From Candidatus Undinarchaeales archaeon (GTDB lineage Archaea > SpSt-1190 > JASMDC01): a DNA stretch of 64,000 bases. Positions 39,992 through 49,151 of the stretch are shown one piece after another; the stretch's first letter is position 1; every line of letters begins with the position of its first letter. Under the pieces are notes generated by a model. It did not search any database. It worked only from the letters and a program-made list of their open reading frames with translations, and had not been told where the DNA came from. Both the position numbers and the translations under genes were made by a program. The stretch is from contig JASMDC010000018.1 in assembly GCA_030753015.1 (NCBI GenBank), positions 8,455 through 72,454 on the forward strand, given 5' to 3'.

Positions 39992-40450
39992 GTGGAGTGC
40001 GAGATTTGCGGACGTCAGATGCACCGAGGCGAGCGTATTCGCCTTGAGGGTGCTACCGTCACCGTGTGCAGGGACTGCGCCTCCATGGGAACCCGCATGG
40101 GCCCTGCCTACGAGCCGCGCCCGGTCGAGCGTTCCGTGAAGCGAACTCCCGACCGGCGCAAGCCCGAGGAGGAGATAGTCCCAGAATGTGCCTCACGGGT
40201 GCACCTAGCCCGCGAACGGCTAGGCATCACACAGAAAGAGCTCGCTGAGCGTCTCAACGAGAAGGAGTCGGTGATAACCCGTATCGAGACCGGACGTATG
40301 GTGCCGCCGATCTCCCTGGCCCATCGCCTCGAACGGAAGCTGGAGATAACCCTGGTGGCCGTGCTCGAAGAGGAGGATGTCGGTCCCCTAAAGAGCCATG
40401 ACGCCCCGCTCACCCTCGGGGACGTTGTCAAGGTCCGGAAGCGCGGCTGA
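39992..40450 (+). CDS. mbf1: archaeal multiprotein bridging factor aMBF1
   Basis: CEICG...CRDC Zn ribbon, Cro-type HTH, C-terminal TLGDVV. Confidence 0.93.
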   Translation: MECEICGRQMHRGERIRLEGATVTVCRDCASMGTRMGPAYEPRPVERSVKRTPDRRKPEEEIVPECASRVHLARERLGITQKELAERLNEKESVITRIETGRMVPPISLAHRLERKLEITLVAVLEEEDVGPLKSHDAPLTLGDVVKVRKRG

Positions 40451-40454
40451 ACCT

Positions 40455-43400
40455 ATGGCGAAAGCTTGGAGCAACAGCCGTGGGAAGGTCATCCTGCTCG
40501 GCCTTGGAATGACCATCTTAATCCTGACGAGCTTCTATCTCAACCACTACCTTCCGTTCAAGCAACAGATGCTCCATCTGGCATGGAAGGGCACGATCCT
40601 GGACGGTAGTGTCGAGTCCGTGAGTGTGCTTGGAGCGGAAGTACCTGTCGGAGGCGGTACATTCATGCGTCAGGTCACCTTGGCCGTAAATGGCATGGCC
40701 CTCTGGACGCTGGTGTCGTGGCTTGCGTTCTTCCACTTCGATCCAGGGCTCATGCTCCTTCTCTGGGGCACTTGGCAGTTCTCCTTCCCGGTCGGACTGG
40801 GACTGCTCACACTGTGGGCGCTGGTGAGCACGCGTCTTGAGCGCTTCGAGCAGCGGGACGGACTCCTACATCATCTTCACATCCTATCCTTCAGGTACGT
40901 GCCCCTCTTCCTAGTGCTCCCATGGGCGCTGGCCTGTTTGATGATACGGAAGCGAACCCCGGACCGCGCACCGTTCGAGGACCCCGTGGTCAGGGAGGTC
41001 ATCGATCTATCCCGGTACCACGTTCCCGTCATGGTGTTCTACTCGCTGGCCATCCTCATGCTCGTGTTCGGCATGATGGGTGGAGTACGGTCCGTGGTGG
41101 CGGCCTCCGGCGACCTCCACGGCATGCTTGACCTGCCCGAAGCGCGAAGGTACTACCTCACCGGGTTCGCTCTCGAGGCACGAGAGAACGGATTCGAGCT
41201 CCTCCCTGATCCCGGTGCGCTCCGCGAGATAGCCGTGCTCCATCTGGCTCCCATCCTCACAAAGGAGCACCTTCCGGCCGAGTACGTATCCCTCATGGGT
41301 CTCGTCGGCTTGGAGGCGGGGCAGTTCGACCATGCTCGATACACTGAACTGGTAACTGACAACGCCCTGTTCTTCACCTTCGTGGGCCCGCTCCTCACTC
41401 CGCTCGTGGCCCAGGTGGTCTCTACTTTGCTCTACTTCGCGTTCATCTGGCTGGTGCTGCCCCGGCGGACCGATGCGTCCGTGTTCTCCTCGACAGCACG
41501 CGCGCTGTTCACCATCCTCATCGCCTGGCTGGCCCTCTCTACCGTGAACTTCTGCCTGCGAACACTGGTGGGCGACATCGGAGTGGCCACTGCACCGACG
41601 AACCTTCTTACCGTCATCACCCTCATGGTCCGCTGGGTGGTCGTGCTCGGTGGGATGCTGGTGGCCTATGCCGTGCTCAGGCTCGACATCGCCAAGACCC
41701 TCGTTAACGGACTGGCCCCGGTCTCTGGGAGCAAGGACGGCGCCCGGGCCGCGATGCTGGTAGCGGTGGCGGTCGCGCTCATAGCAGGGCTGATCGTGGT
41801 GTTCACCATGCTCGCACCGGTGCTCGATCGTCTCGTGCTCTCGCCCATGAACAATCAGGTCCAGAGCCATCCGGAGCTCTATTATGACACCCTCATCCGA
41901 GCGGGGCTGGGCATCAACCGGTACCTTGCAGACATCCCTGCCGATAGCGTCCAAGTACGCGACCTCGGGGGCGAGGCACTTCGACAGAACCTCCGGTTCC
42001 AGGACAACTTCATTAATACCAACGCAGACATGCTCTCCACAGTCCGCCTGTGGGACCGTGAGCGTGCCCGTGTGCGAACCGATCGCAACATGGGCGAGGT
42101 ACCGTACCTCGACATCGGGAACGAGGATTTCCTGGTGCGTGAGGAGAATGGTCGGATGGCCCCCTTCTGGGCCGTTGAGCTCCCTCTTCGGCGGGACAAG
42201 GTGACGGACGGTGACTTCTACAACAACCACCAGTTCTACACACACTCCGATCAGGGCTTCATGACGCTGGACGCCAACACGGGCCACGGTATAGAGAACG
42301 CGTACCCCGAGGACCAGATGTACTACGGAGTCCACGAGGATTTCGCTCTCTTGGAGAGCTACCTGACCGAGGAGAATGTGACAGAGGTCGGAGACGTCAC
42401 GTACGAGGGTAAAGGCCTCGAGGTTACCGTTCCTGACGTGTTCTTCTACGACGCCCACTACATCGGATTATTACCGAACGCCCTACGTCGGTGGCGAGTA
42501 CCGTCGGACGAGACCTTCTACTGGCGATGGGCCGAAGCAATCGACCGGGGGGACATTTCCGGATTCAAGCTCCTGCTCATGCGCCGGTTGGACCTGCGGC
42601 TGCGCAACCTTCTACCCGTGCTGGCCACGACCGAACCCTTCGACATCAAGGGCAACGATCCCTATCCCATTACATATCGCGGGGGCACCTGGTTCCTCAT
42701 GCACGGATTCATCGCACTCGATCCGTCCCTCATCCCCCTCACCCGTATGGAGGTCACCGGTGGTGTGGGCTCCCGCAATCCTGTCGAAGCGTACGCCCGG
42801 TACACTGTTATCGCACTGGGAAACATCTACACGGGGGAGATCGAGCTCTACGCGCCCTTCGATGACCGGCTCTCCCAGCTCCTACGCACCGTGTATCCTG
42901 ACCTCGGCCGGGAGCTCCCTGACGAGGTCCGGCGCCAGCTCCGATATCCCAAGCAGTACCTCACCTGGCGCGCCCACAAGCACTTCGACAACCATCCCAT
43001 GCCCGAGGACTACTACAAGGGGCTGGACTTCTTCAAGTCCGATCCTTCGCAGGAGACGATTTACTACACTCCGTTCCAGATGGACGATGGTGCCACGGAG
43101 TTCGTGGGCATCCTTCCGGCGTTGCTCGACAAGGGAGCGGCCCAGACGCAGACCGAGACCGGGCTCGTTGGATTGTACGTGGTGCGCAACTCCTTCCTCC
43201 GGGACGACCTGGAGCATTTCGGAGATATCGTGCTCTACCGCTTCCCCAAGTCCGGTGGGGACGAAGGCGGCTGGCTCTTCTACTCGTACCAGGCCATCGA
43301 GCGCAACTACAAGGGCGATGCCCGTTACCAGGAATGGGCACGTCTGAAGGAGAGCGAGACGCTCAAGCCAGGCAACATGCTCCTCTATCGCATCGGCCGA

Positions 43401-43823
43401 CATTGGATCTATATCCGGCCTATCTATCTGGAGACCGGAAAGGGCATCACACGTCTCGAGAAGGTCGTTGCCATGCTCGGCTCCTACCAGGTGAACGCCA
43501 CACGGGACGAGTATCGGGTCGGTTTCGGCGATGATCTCCATGGCGCCCTGCGCGACCTCATGACGACGACAGTTGTCCCCTCGACAACGGAACCGGAACC
43601 GAACGTCACGATACCCCCGCCATCACACCCCTCGACAACTGATGACGATGTGGCCGAGGCCTTGACCGCACTTAAGTCCCTGGTGGACGAGAAGGTAGAG
43701 TGCCTGCGCGCCAACGACCTGGTGTGCGCCATGGCGGTCGAGGCACGGATGACGGAGGCCGAGGCCCGGTTGGCGGAACTGTTCGCACGCAATCGCACGG
43801 GAGGTGGTACGGATGCCGCGTAA
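40455..43823 (+). CDS. large membrane protein with UPF0182-like C-terminal domain
   Basis: Many TMs followed by FYTH, YYG, DPYP, QLRYP and GNMLLY...IYIRPIYL segments. Confidence 0.7.
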   Translation: MAKAWSNSRGKVILLGLGMTILILTSFYLNHYLPFKQQMLHLAWKGTILDGSVESVSVLGAEVPVGGGTFMRQVTLAVNGMALWTLVSWLAFFHFDPGLMLLLWGTWQFSFPVGLGLLTLWALVSTRLERFEQRDGLLHHLHILSFRYVPLFLVLPWALACLMIRKRTPDRAPFEDPVVREVIDLSRYHVPVMVFYSLAILMLVFGMMGGVRSVVAASGDLHGMLDLPEARRYYLTGFALEARENGFELLPDPGALREIAVLHLAPILTKEHLPAEYVSLMGLVGLEAGQFDHARYTELVTDNALFFTFVGPLLTPLVAQVVSTLLYFAFIWLVLPRRTDASVFSSTARALFTILIAWLALSTVNFCLRTLVGDIGVATAPTNLLTVITLMVRWVVVLGGMLVAYAVLRLDIAKTLVNGLAPVSGSKDGARAAMLVAVAVALIAGLIVVFTMLAPVLDRLVLSPMNNQVQSHPELYYDTLIRAGLGINRYLADIPADSVQVRDLGGEALRQNLRFQDNFINTNADMLSTVRLWDRERARVRTDRNMGEVPYLDIGNEDFLVREENGRMAPFWAVELPLRRDKVTDGDFYNNHQFYTHSDQGFMTLDANTGHGIENAYPEDQMYYGVHEDFALLESYLTEENVTEVGDVTYEGKGLEVTVPDVFFYDAHYIGLLPNALRRWRVPSDETFYWRWAEAIDRGDISGFKLLLMRRLDLRLRNLLPVLATTEPFDIKGNDPYPITYRGGTWFLMHGFIALDPSLIPLTRMEVTGGVGSRNPVEAYARYTVIALGNIYTGEIELYAPFDDRLSQLLRTVYPDLGRELPDEVRRQLRYPKQYLTWRAHKHFDNHPMPEDYYKGLDFFKSDPSQETIYYTPFQMDDGATEFVGILPALLDKGAAQTQTETGLVGLYVVRNSFLRDDLEHFGDIVLYRFPKSGGDEGGWLFYSYQAIERNYKGDARYQEWARLKESETLKPGNMLLYRIGRHWIYIRPIYLETGKGITRLEKVVAMLGSYQVNATRDEYRVGFGDDLHGALRDLMTTTVVPSTTEPEPNVTIPPPSHPSTTDDDVAEALTALKSLVDEKVECLRANDLVCAMAVEARMTEAEARLAELFARNRTGGGTDAA

Positions 43824-44310
43824 GCGCAAGGACGAGGAGGAGATGCCGCCCTTCGTTCCCCTTGGTCGGGATGAGGAGGAAGTGCCCGGGATCCGTGTAT
43901 TGGTCGAGGAGGACGGGAGCTACCGCGCAGGACCACGACGTGGTAAGAAGAGCTCGTCCGGTCCGAAGCCCGGTGAGGACCGCCCCCGACGGTCCTCGGA
44001 CGGAGGTGGTGGGTCTGGCCCGGTGCTCACCCTCCTTGGGCTGTTCCTATTTGTGAATGTTGTGTCCTACATGGCAGTATCCGTCCTGTACGCGCCCTTG
44101 CTCGGCCAGGACCCCTGGGTACTGATGCTCCTTGCGCTCGTCCTCACGGTGGTGCTCGCCCGGACGGTGATAGACGCCGCGAAGCATGCTCTCGCGGCCC
44201 TGGTCGCCGGTGTGCAGCGCTTCCAGAAGGAGAGAGAAGAGGTGACCCGGCAGCGCAGGATGAACCAGTTCTTCCGCCAGGGCGGGTTCGATAACGGATT
44301 CGATAGGTGA
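43813..44310 (+). CDS. hypothetical 2-TM membrane protein
   Basis: Overlaps the stop of the preceding gene; GGAGGT RBS; two hydrophobic segments. Confidence 0.65.
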   Translation: MPRKRKDEEEMPPFVPLGRDEEEVPGIRVLVEEDGSYRAGPRRGKKSSSGPKPGEDRPRRSSDGGGGSGPVLTLLGLFLFVNVVSYMAVSVLYAPLLGQDPWVLMLLALVLTVVLARTVIDAAKHALAALVAGVQRFQKEREEVTRQRRMNQFFRQGGFDNGFDR

Positions 44311-44333
44311 TTGCGTCCCATCGGTGCGGGGAT

Positions 44334-44687
44334 TCACTCGCGAGGCAATACTCCCTTTAGCACGCCCAGAGCGAGGAGATAGGCGGCAACGCCGAGCCCA
44401 AGACCGACGAGGACGTTCCATACATTTCCCTCCCAGGTGCTGGATGAGCGGGAGGCTTCTCTCACACAATAGTTACTGACACAGATATGACCTATAGGAC
44501 AACCGCAGTCAGTGCAACAGGTCTTGTACGTCTCGCCCTGGCTGCACTGCAGGTCACCGCACACCGTCGGTGGTGACGCGGTGACCAACGATTCCGCTGG
44601 ACTGACGTCCGCCAAGCACGATCGCAGGACGAGCATGGAGATCACGATGACGAGGATCCATGCTCGGGTTCGACGTTCCGACCTCAC
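44334..44687 (-). CDS. small Cys-rich surface protein
   Basis: Signal peptide, CGDLQCSQGETYKTCCTDCGCPIGHICVSNYC module, C-terminal TM. Confidence 0.75.
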   Translation of the reverse strand: MRSERRTRAWILVIVISMLVLRSCLADVSPAESLVTASPPTVCGDLQCSQGETYKTCCTDCGCPIGHICVSNYCVREASRSSSTWEGNVWNVLVGLGLGVAAYLLALGVLKGVLPRE

Positions 44688-44769
44688 CTACGAGGAGCTC
44701 ATCGACGTAATATTAAGGTTTCATCCCTTGCACGACGGGCGCACGACTACGTTGAACCGATTCGAAATG

Positions 44770-44805
44770 ATAACGAATATATAACAAATGTATATTCAAT
44801 TGTTA
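44770..44805. promoter_or_regulatory. candidate RHH operator/promoter
   Basis: ATAACRAAT direct repeats 11 bp apart and TAACAA-N12-TTGTTA inverted repeat abutting the ATG. Confidence 0.5.
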
Positions 44806-44806
44806 C

Positions 44807-45112
44807 ATGAGCCGAACCAGCGTCCTCCATCTCCGTATCCCCCGGGGTCTCGTGGACGACATGGACCGGACGATCTTGCGGATAGGTCGATGGGCTGGCC
44901 GGACCGAGTTCGTACGCGATGCATGTCGTCGTCTCGTGGAGCAGCTCGAAACGCCATCGCAACCCCCGGGACAGGTTCATGAGCGCGAGGAGCCGATAAC
45001 GAGCACGGACCGGCAGGAGGGGACCTCCGTGTGGCACGAGGCCATGGAGGAGGCTGATGGGGACGAGGGGGAAGCGAAGCTCATACTTGACGAGGAGCTG
45101 AGCGGTCTCTAA
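44807..45112 (+). CDS. CopG/RHH-family transcriptional regulator
   Basis: VLHLRIPRGLVDDMD...GRTEFVRDACRRLVE. Confidence 0.75.
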   Translation: MSRTSVLHLRIPRGLVDDMDRTILRIGRWAGRTEFVRDACRRLVEQLETPSQPPGQVHEREEPITSTDRQEGTSVWHEAMEEADGDEGEAKLILDEELSGL

Positions 45113-45233
45113 TGAGAGCAGGACGATATACTATCCTCGGGCTATCGTGATGGTCCGATATACACAGCTTCCTAGCAACAGCGCGCCGCCCCCGTCCTAA
45201 CCCTTTTATTTTCTACGCTCCTGCTGCGGAGAC

Positions 45234-46814
45234 ATGGGCACTCGCGTTCCCCCACAAGGGGGCGTCACCAGTTCGGGACGGACCGTGACCATGGTCGTCC
45301 TCATCGCTCTCCTCCTGAGCGTCTCGTGTGCCCTGGCGGCGAACGACACCGTCCATATCCACGTCTTCTACGGTGAGGGCTGCCCCCATTGTCGGGATGA
45401 AAAGCCATTCCTGGACTACCTTGAGGAGACCTATCCTTCGCTGGAGGTCCACCTGTACGAGACTTGGAGCGATCCGAAGAACGCGGAACTGTACCAGAAG
45501 GTCGCGGCCAGCTATAACGGAGAGGCCCGGGGAGTGCCTGGCACCTTCATCGGAGAGCACTTCATGATCGGGTACGGCTCTGCAACCACTTCGGGAAAGC
45601 AGCTGGAGGGCTACGTCAAGGAATGTCTTGAGAAGGGATGCGTAGACCCATTCGTGAAGGCGGGGATCACCACCGCAACGACGCCCGGTGGCTACCCGGA
45701 CCTGAGCGGTGTGGACGTCTGTCTGGTCGTCTTCCTGAACATGACCTGCGCTCCCTGTGAACGCCTCCTACCCTTCCTGGAGGAACTGGAAACGCGGTAC
45801 AACATCAACATCACGACCTACGAGGTCAACAATCCGCTCGGGAACGCCATCTACAAGGACTATCGCCGGCGCCACGGTATCAAGGAAGTGGGTTTCCCCC
45901 TAGCGTTCATCTCAGGTTATTACCTCATGGGCGAGGGCCTCATCCGCGACCACCTCCCCTCACTGCTGGAGGGCTGCTTAACCGAGTCCTGTATGTGCTC
46001 CGCAGGGAATATCGTACCGATCACTCCCGGCATACCCGATCCTATTGATGTTGATCCGCCAGAAAAAATTCATGTATGCCTCCCCTTCTTGGGTTGCATA
46101 AATACGCAGAACGCCTTCCTCCCGGTCCTCACCGTTGCGATCGCCCTTGTGGACGGCGTGAACCCGTGCACCATGTGGGTGCTCTCCTTCCTCCTGTCCA
46201 TGCTCTTCTACGCCCGATCGCGCAGGCGCATCATCATGGTGGGCCTGGTCTATCTCGTGACCGTGTTCACGGTGTACTTCGTGTTCATGGCCGCTTGGCT
46301 GAACACCTTCCTCTATATCGGCTACATCGACTGGATACGCAATTCCATCGGCCTCATCGCCGTTGTAGCGGGTCTTATCAACATCAAGGACTTCTTCTGG
46401 TTCGGTAAGGGCATCTCGCTGGTCATCCCACAGCGGTTCAAGCCCTTTCTTATGCGTCAGATGCGTAACCTTACCAAGGCCGAAGGCTGGCCCCTCCTCA
46501 GCGGGACTGTGTTCATGGCCGCGTCCGCCAGCCTCATCGAGCTCCCATGCACCGCCGGGTTCCCGGTCATCTACACGCAGATCCTGACCCAGCAGGGCTT
46601 CTCCGGCGTGAGCTACTACCTCTACCTTGTGCTCTACAACCTCGTCTACATAATCCCCGACGCCTGCGTGCTGGCGGTGTTCCTAGTCTTCATGGAACGC
46701 AACCGTAAGATCACAGAGCGGGAGGGGCGATGGATGAAGCTCGCAGGCGGTTCGATCATGCTCGTCCTCGGTCTCATCATGCTCTTCAAGCCCGATATGC
46801 TGATGTTAGGGTAG
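45234..46814 (+). CDS. tandem thioredoxin/glutaredoxin domains fused to CcdA/DsbD-like membrane domain (start may be 45291)
   Basis: CPHC and CAPC motifs; DGVNPC and ELPCTAG membrane cysteines. Confidence 0.85.
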   Translation: MGTRVPPQGGVTSSGRTVTMVVLIALLLSVSCALAANDTVHIHVFYGEGCPHCRDEKPFLDYLEETYPSLEVHLYETWSDPKNAELYQKVAASYNGEARGVPGTFIGEHFMIGYGSATTSGKQLEGYVKECLEKGCVDPFVKAGITTATTPGGYPDLSGVDVCLVVFLNMTCAPCERLLPFLEELETRYNINITTYEVNNPLGNAIYKDYRRRHGIKEVGFPLAFISGYYLMGEGLIRDHLPSLLEGCLTESCMCSAGNIVPITPGIPDPIDVDPPEKIHVCLPFLGCINTQNAFLPVLTVAIALVDGVNPCTMWVLSFLLSMLFYARSRRRIIMVGLVYLVTVFTVYFVFMAAWLNTFLYIGYIDWIRNSIGLIAVVAGLINIKDFFWFGKGISLVIPQRFKPFLMRQMRNLTKAEGWPLLSGTVFMAASASLIELPCTAGFPVIYTQILTQQGFSGVSYYLYLVLYNLVYIIPDACVLAVFLVFMERNRKITEREGRWMKLAGGSIMLVLGLIMLFKPDMLMLG

Positions 46815-46822
46815 GTGGGACC

Positions 46823-47599
46823 ATGGCGATGGAAGAGCTCTATGGTGCCCGTGTGTACGGACCTGTACGCTCCCGGCGCCTAGGTTCTTCGCTCGGTGTG
46901 GACATCCTGCCACCGCACACATGTACCTTCGACTGCGTGTACTGTCAGCTGGGGGGGACGCAGCACCTCGTGTCATCGGCCGATGAGGCCCCCGGCCGCT
47001 TTCCCACGACCGATGAGATCGTGGCAGCGGTGCAGCGGGTATTGGATGATATTCCTGAACTGGACTACATCACCATGTCAGGCCGGGGCGAGCCGATGCT
47101 CTCGCCATATCTTGGCGACGTCGTCACACGGATACGCGACATCACCGACGTGCCGCTCGCCCTCATCACCAACGCCACTCTCCTTGTCTCCCCTGCCGCC
47201 CGGAGTACGGCCTCGCGATTCGATCTGGTGGTCCCGTCACTGGACGCCGCGACCGACGAGGGTATCGCACGTGTCAACCGGCCTGCTACAGGATTCCGTG
47301 TCGAGGACATCATCGCGGGCATCGCGGAGGTGGCACGCTCGTCGGCCACGGTGTGGCTGGAGATCATGTTCGTGCGCTCTGACGAGGGGCCTTCGAACGT
47401 CGACGACGCGTCCATCGATGCCCTGGTGGCCGCCGCCAAAAGGATAGGGCCTGAACGAGTGGATGTCAACACATGCGTCAGACGACCGGCGAAGGAGTTT
47501 GTCCACGCGCTCTCACAGGAAGAGCTTGAGACCATCGCCGAGCGTTTCAGGACCGCGGACCTGCCCGTGCTTGTGGTGCCCGACAGGCCCGCCGGGTGA
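46823..47599 (+). CDS. radical SAM protein (COG0731-like)
   Basis: YGPVRSRRLGSSLGVD, CTFDCVYC and SGRGEP motifs. Confidence 0.9.
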   Translation: MAMEELYGARVYGPVRSRRLGSSLGVDILPPHTCTFDCVYCQLGGTQHLVSSADEAPGRFPTTDEIVAAVQRVLDDIPELDYITMSGRGEPMLSPYLGDVVTRIRDITDVPLALITNATLLVSPAARSTASRFDLVVPSLDAATDEGIARVNRPATGFRVEDIIAGIAEVARSSATVWLEIMFVRSDEGPSNVDDASIDALVAAAKRIGPERVDVNTCVRRPAKEFVHALSQEELETIAERFRTADLPVLVVPDRPAG

Positions 47600-47635
47600 A
47601 GGTTTATAAATTATCTACGATGACCGACACAAAGG

Positions 47636-48004
47636 ATGGCCACGGTCAAGAAGATGCTCGAGAAGGTGCTCGACGGCCTCCGGTCCGTGGGTGACATCGA
47701 GGCATCCGCCATCGTCTCCCGGGACGGACTTCTCATGGCATCTGATATGGCCACAGGTATCAACGCTGAGACCTTTGCGGCCATGTCCGCCACCATGCTG
47801 GGTGCAGCTGAGACCGCTGCCACCGAACTGGGGCGTGGCCTTCCTGACCGTATCATCGTCGAGTCGGAGGAGACGAAACTCATCGCTATCGGTACCGGCC
47901 CCAAAGCGCTCCTTGTGGTCATGACCTCCCCCGAGGCGGGGCTGGGTCTCGTCCTCATTGAGTTGGAGAAAGCGGCCGATAAGATCAAGATGATCCTGGA
48001 GTGA
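47636..48004 (+). CDS. Roadblock/LC7 domain protein
   Basis: AIVSRDGLLMAS, AAMSATMLGAAE and LGLV motifs. Confidence 0.92.
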   Translation: MATVKKMLEKVLDGLRSVGDIEASAIVSRDGLLMASDMATGINAETFAAMSATMLGAAETAATELGRGLPDRIIVESEETKLIAIGTGPKALLVVMTSPEAGLGLVLIELEKAADKIKMILE

Positions 48005-48011
48005 TTACACA

Positions 48012-48548
48012 ATGCAAATGGACCAGCATACCATCCAGCGTACCTTCGCTCTCTCGCTCATCGTTTTCGTTATCTTCGCACTGTTCATCCTCCAGGCCAG
48101 GCCGTTGGCGACCCTGTCCTCGCTCTCGGGCCAGTTCGAGCTCCTTGCAGGAGTGCTGGGCATGCTCGGTGAGCTCATCGCCGTGTATGTTGTGTGGCGC
48201 ATGTACCAGTACCTGGAGGACACCGAGTTCGGTCGTGTCGCGCTCCTAGGGGGCTGCGGGCTCGTCTACCTCGCCATCGCATCCGTGTTCAGCACGCTCG
48301 GGCTTCTGGACGCTGTGGGAGTTGTCCTGCCAGAACTGGCACGCCAGCTCGTGAGCGTGGGGACGACCTACTTCACCCTCTTCAAGGGCGCCTTCATCCT
48401 CCTGGGATTCATTGAGCTCCAGAGGTTCCTCAAGAGCCCCCAGGCGCTCCCCAGCCTGCTCCTGGCCTTCAAGCGGATGCTGGAGACCGAGTCTGGGCGC
48501 ACGGTGGACATCTGCGAGCCGTGCGATGACGAGAAGAAGGACGAATAG
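48012..48548 (+). CDS. hypothetical 4-TM membrane protein
   Basis: 7 nt downstream of the roadblock gene; four hydrophobic segments. Confidence 0.7.
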   Translation: MQMDQHTIQRTFALSLIVFVIFALFILQARPLATLSSLSGQFELLAGVLGMLGELIAVYVVWRMYQYLEDTEFGRVALLGGCGLVYLAIASVFSTLGLLDAVGVVLPELARQLVSVGTTYFTLFKGAFILLGFIELQRFLKSPQALPSLLLAFKRMLETESGRTVDICEPCDDEKKDE

Positions 48549-48559
48549 GACTCTCGCCA

Positions 48560-49024
48560 CTAGCTGAACGTGCAGCTATTATCCTTGCACATGCAAGCGG
48601 ATACCGTAGAGCTCTTCTTCAGGCACGCTGTCTGGTCGACACACACGTTCCCCTCGAGGCTGTCGAAGTTCATACAGGACCATTCGCTGTCACAGCACCG
48701 CGGGACGCAGCGACTGTTCTCATCGCAGGTCCGGTACTTGGTCGTGTCCTCGGGCATGTACTTGGCGGCATAGATGATGACGCCCGAGAGCACGAGGATG
48801 ACGAAGACGGACAGTAGGGCGACGAGCCAGAAGTGCCCTCCCTCTTCCTCCTCCTCCTCCGGGGCCGCCGCCTCGGGAGCGGGCTGCTGCTGTTGCTGCG
48901 CCGGGTAGCCCTGCTGATTATTGGTGTTGTAGCCGTAGACCTGGCTGTAGTACTGGGGGTAGGACTGCTGACCGTAGGGGGACGGGGACAAATAGGGCTG
49001 TTGTTGCTGGTCAGCGGGCGTCAT
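48560..49024 (-). CDS. single-pass protein: Q/Y-rich N-terminus, TM, Cys-rich C-terminus
   Basis: QQQQPYLSPSPYGQQSYPQYY; poly-E; TM; 10-Cys domain. Confidence 0.75.
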   Translation of the reverse strand: MTPADQQQQPYLSPSPYGQQSYPQYYSQVYGYNTNNQQGYPAQQQQQPAPEAAAPEEEEEEGGHFWLVALLSVFVILVLSGVIIYAAKYMPEDTTKYRTCDENSRCVPRCCDSEWSCMNFDSLEGNVCVDQTACLKKSSTVSACMCKDNSCTFS

Positions 49025-49151
49025 AGATCCAACCTACGCCTCGGCCAGCCCATGGGGCTCACCTTAACGGAAATGGATGATACCATCACAGTAAAAAACC
49101 CTACCCTTCGCACGGGTGCCGTCTCGGTACCGCTTCCGTCCTAAGGGGATG

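Noticed and set aside
41007-42458. 483-aa minus-strand ORF and similar shadows (28279-29301, 36323-37339, 15580-16458)
   Set aside because: Lie opposite well-supported genes and carry no motifs
44807-45112. Toxin-antitoxin interpretation of the RHH and AbrB-like genes
   Set aside because: No PIN, RelE, MazF or HEPN toxin adjacent to any of them
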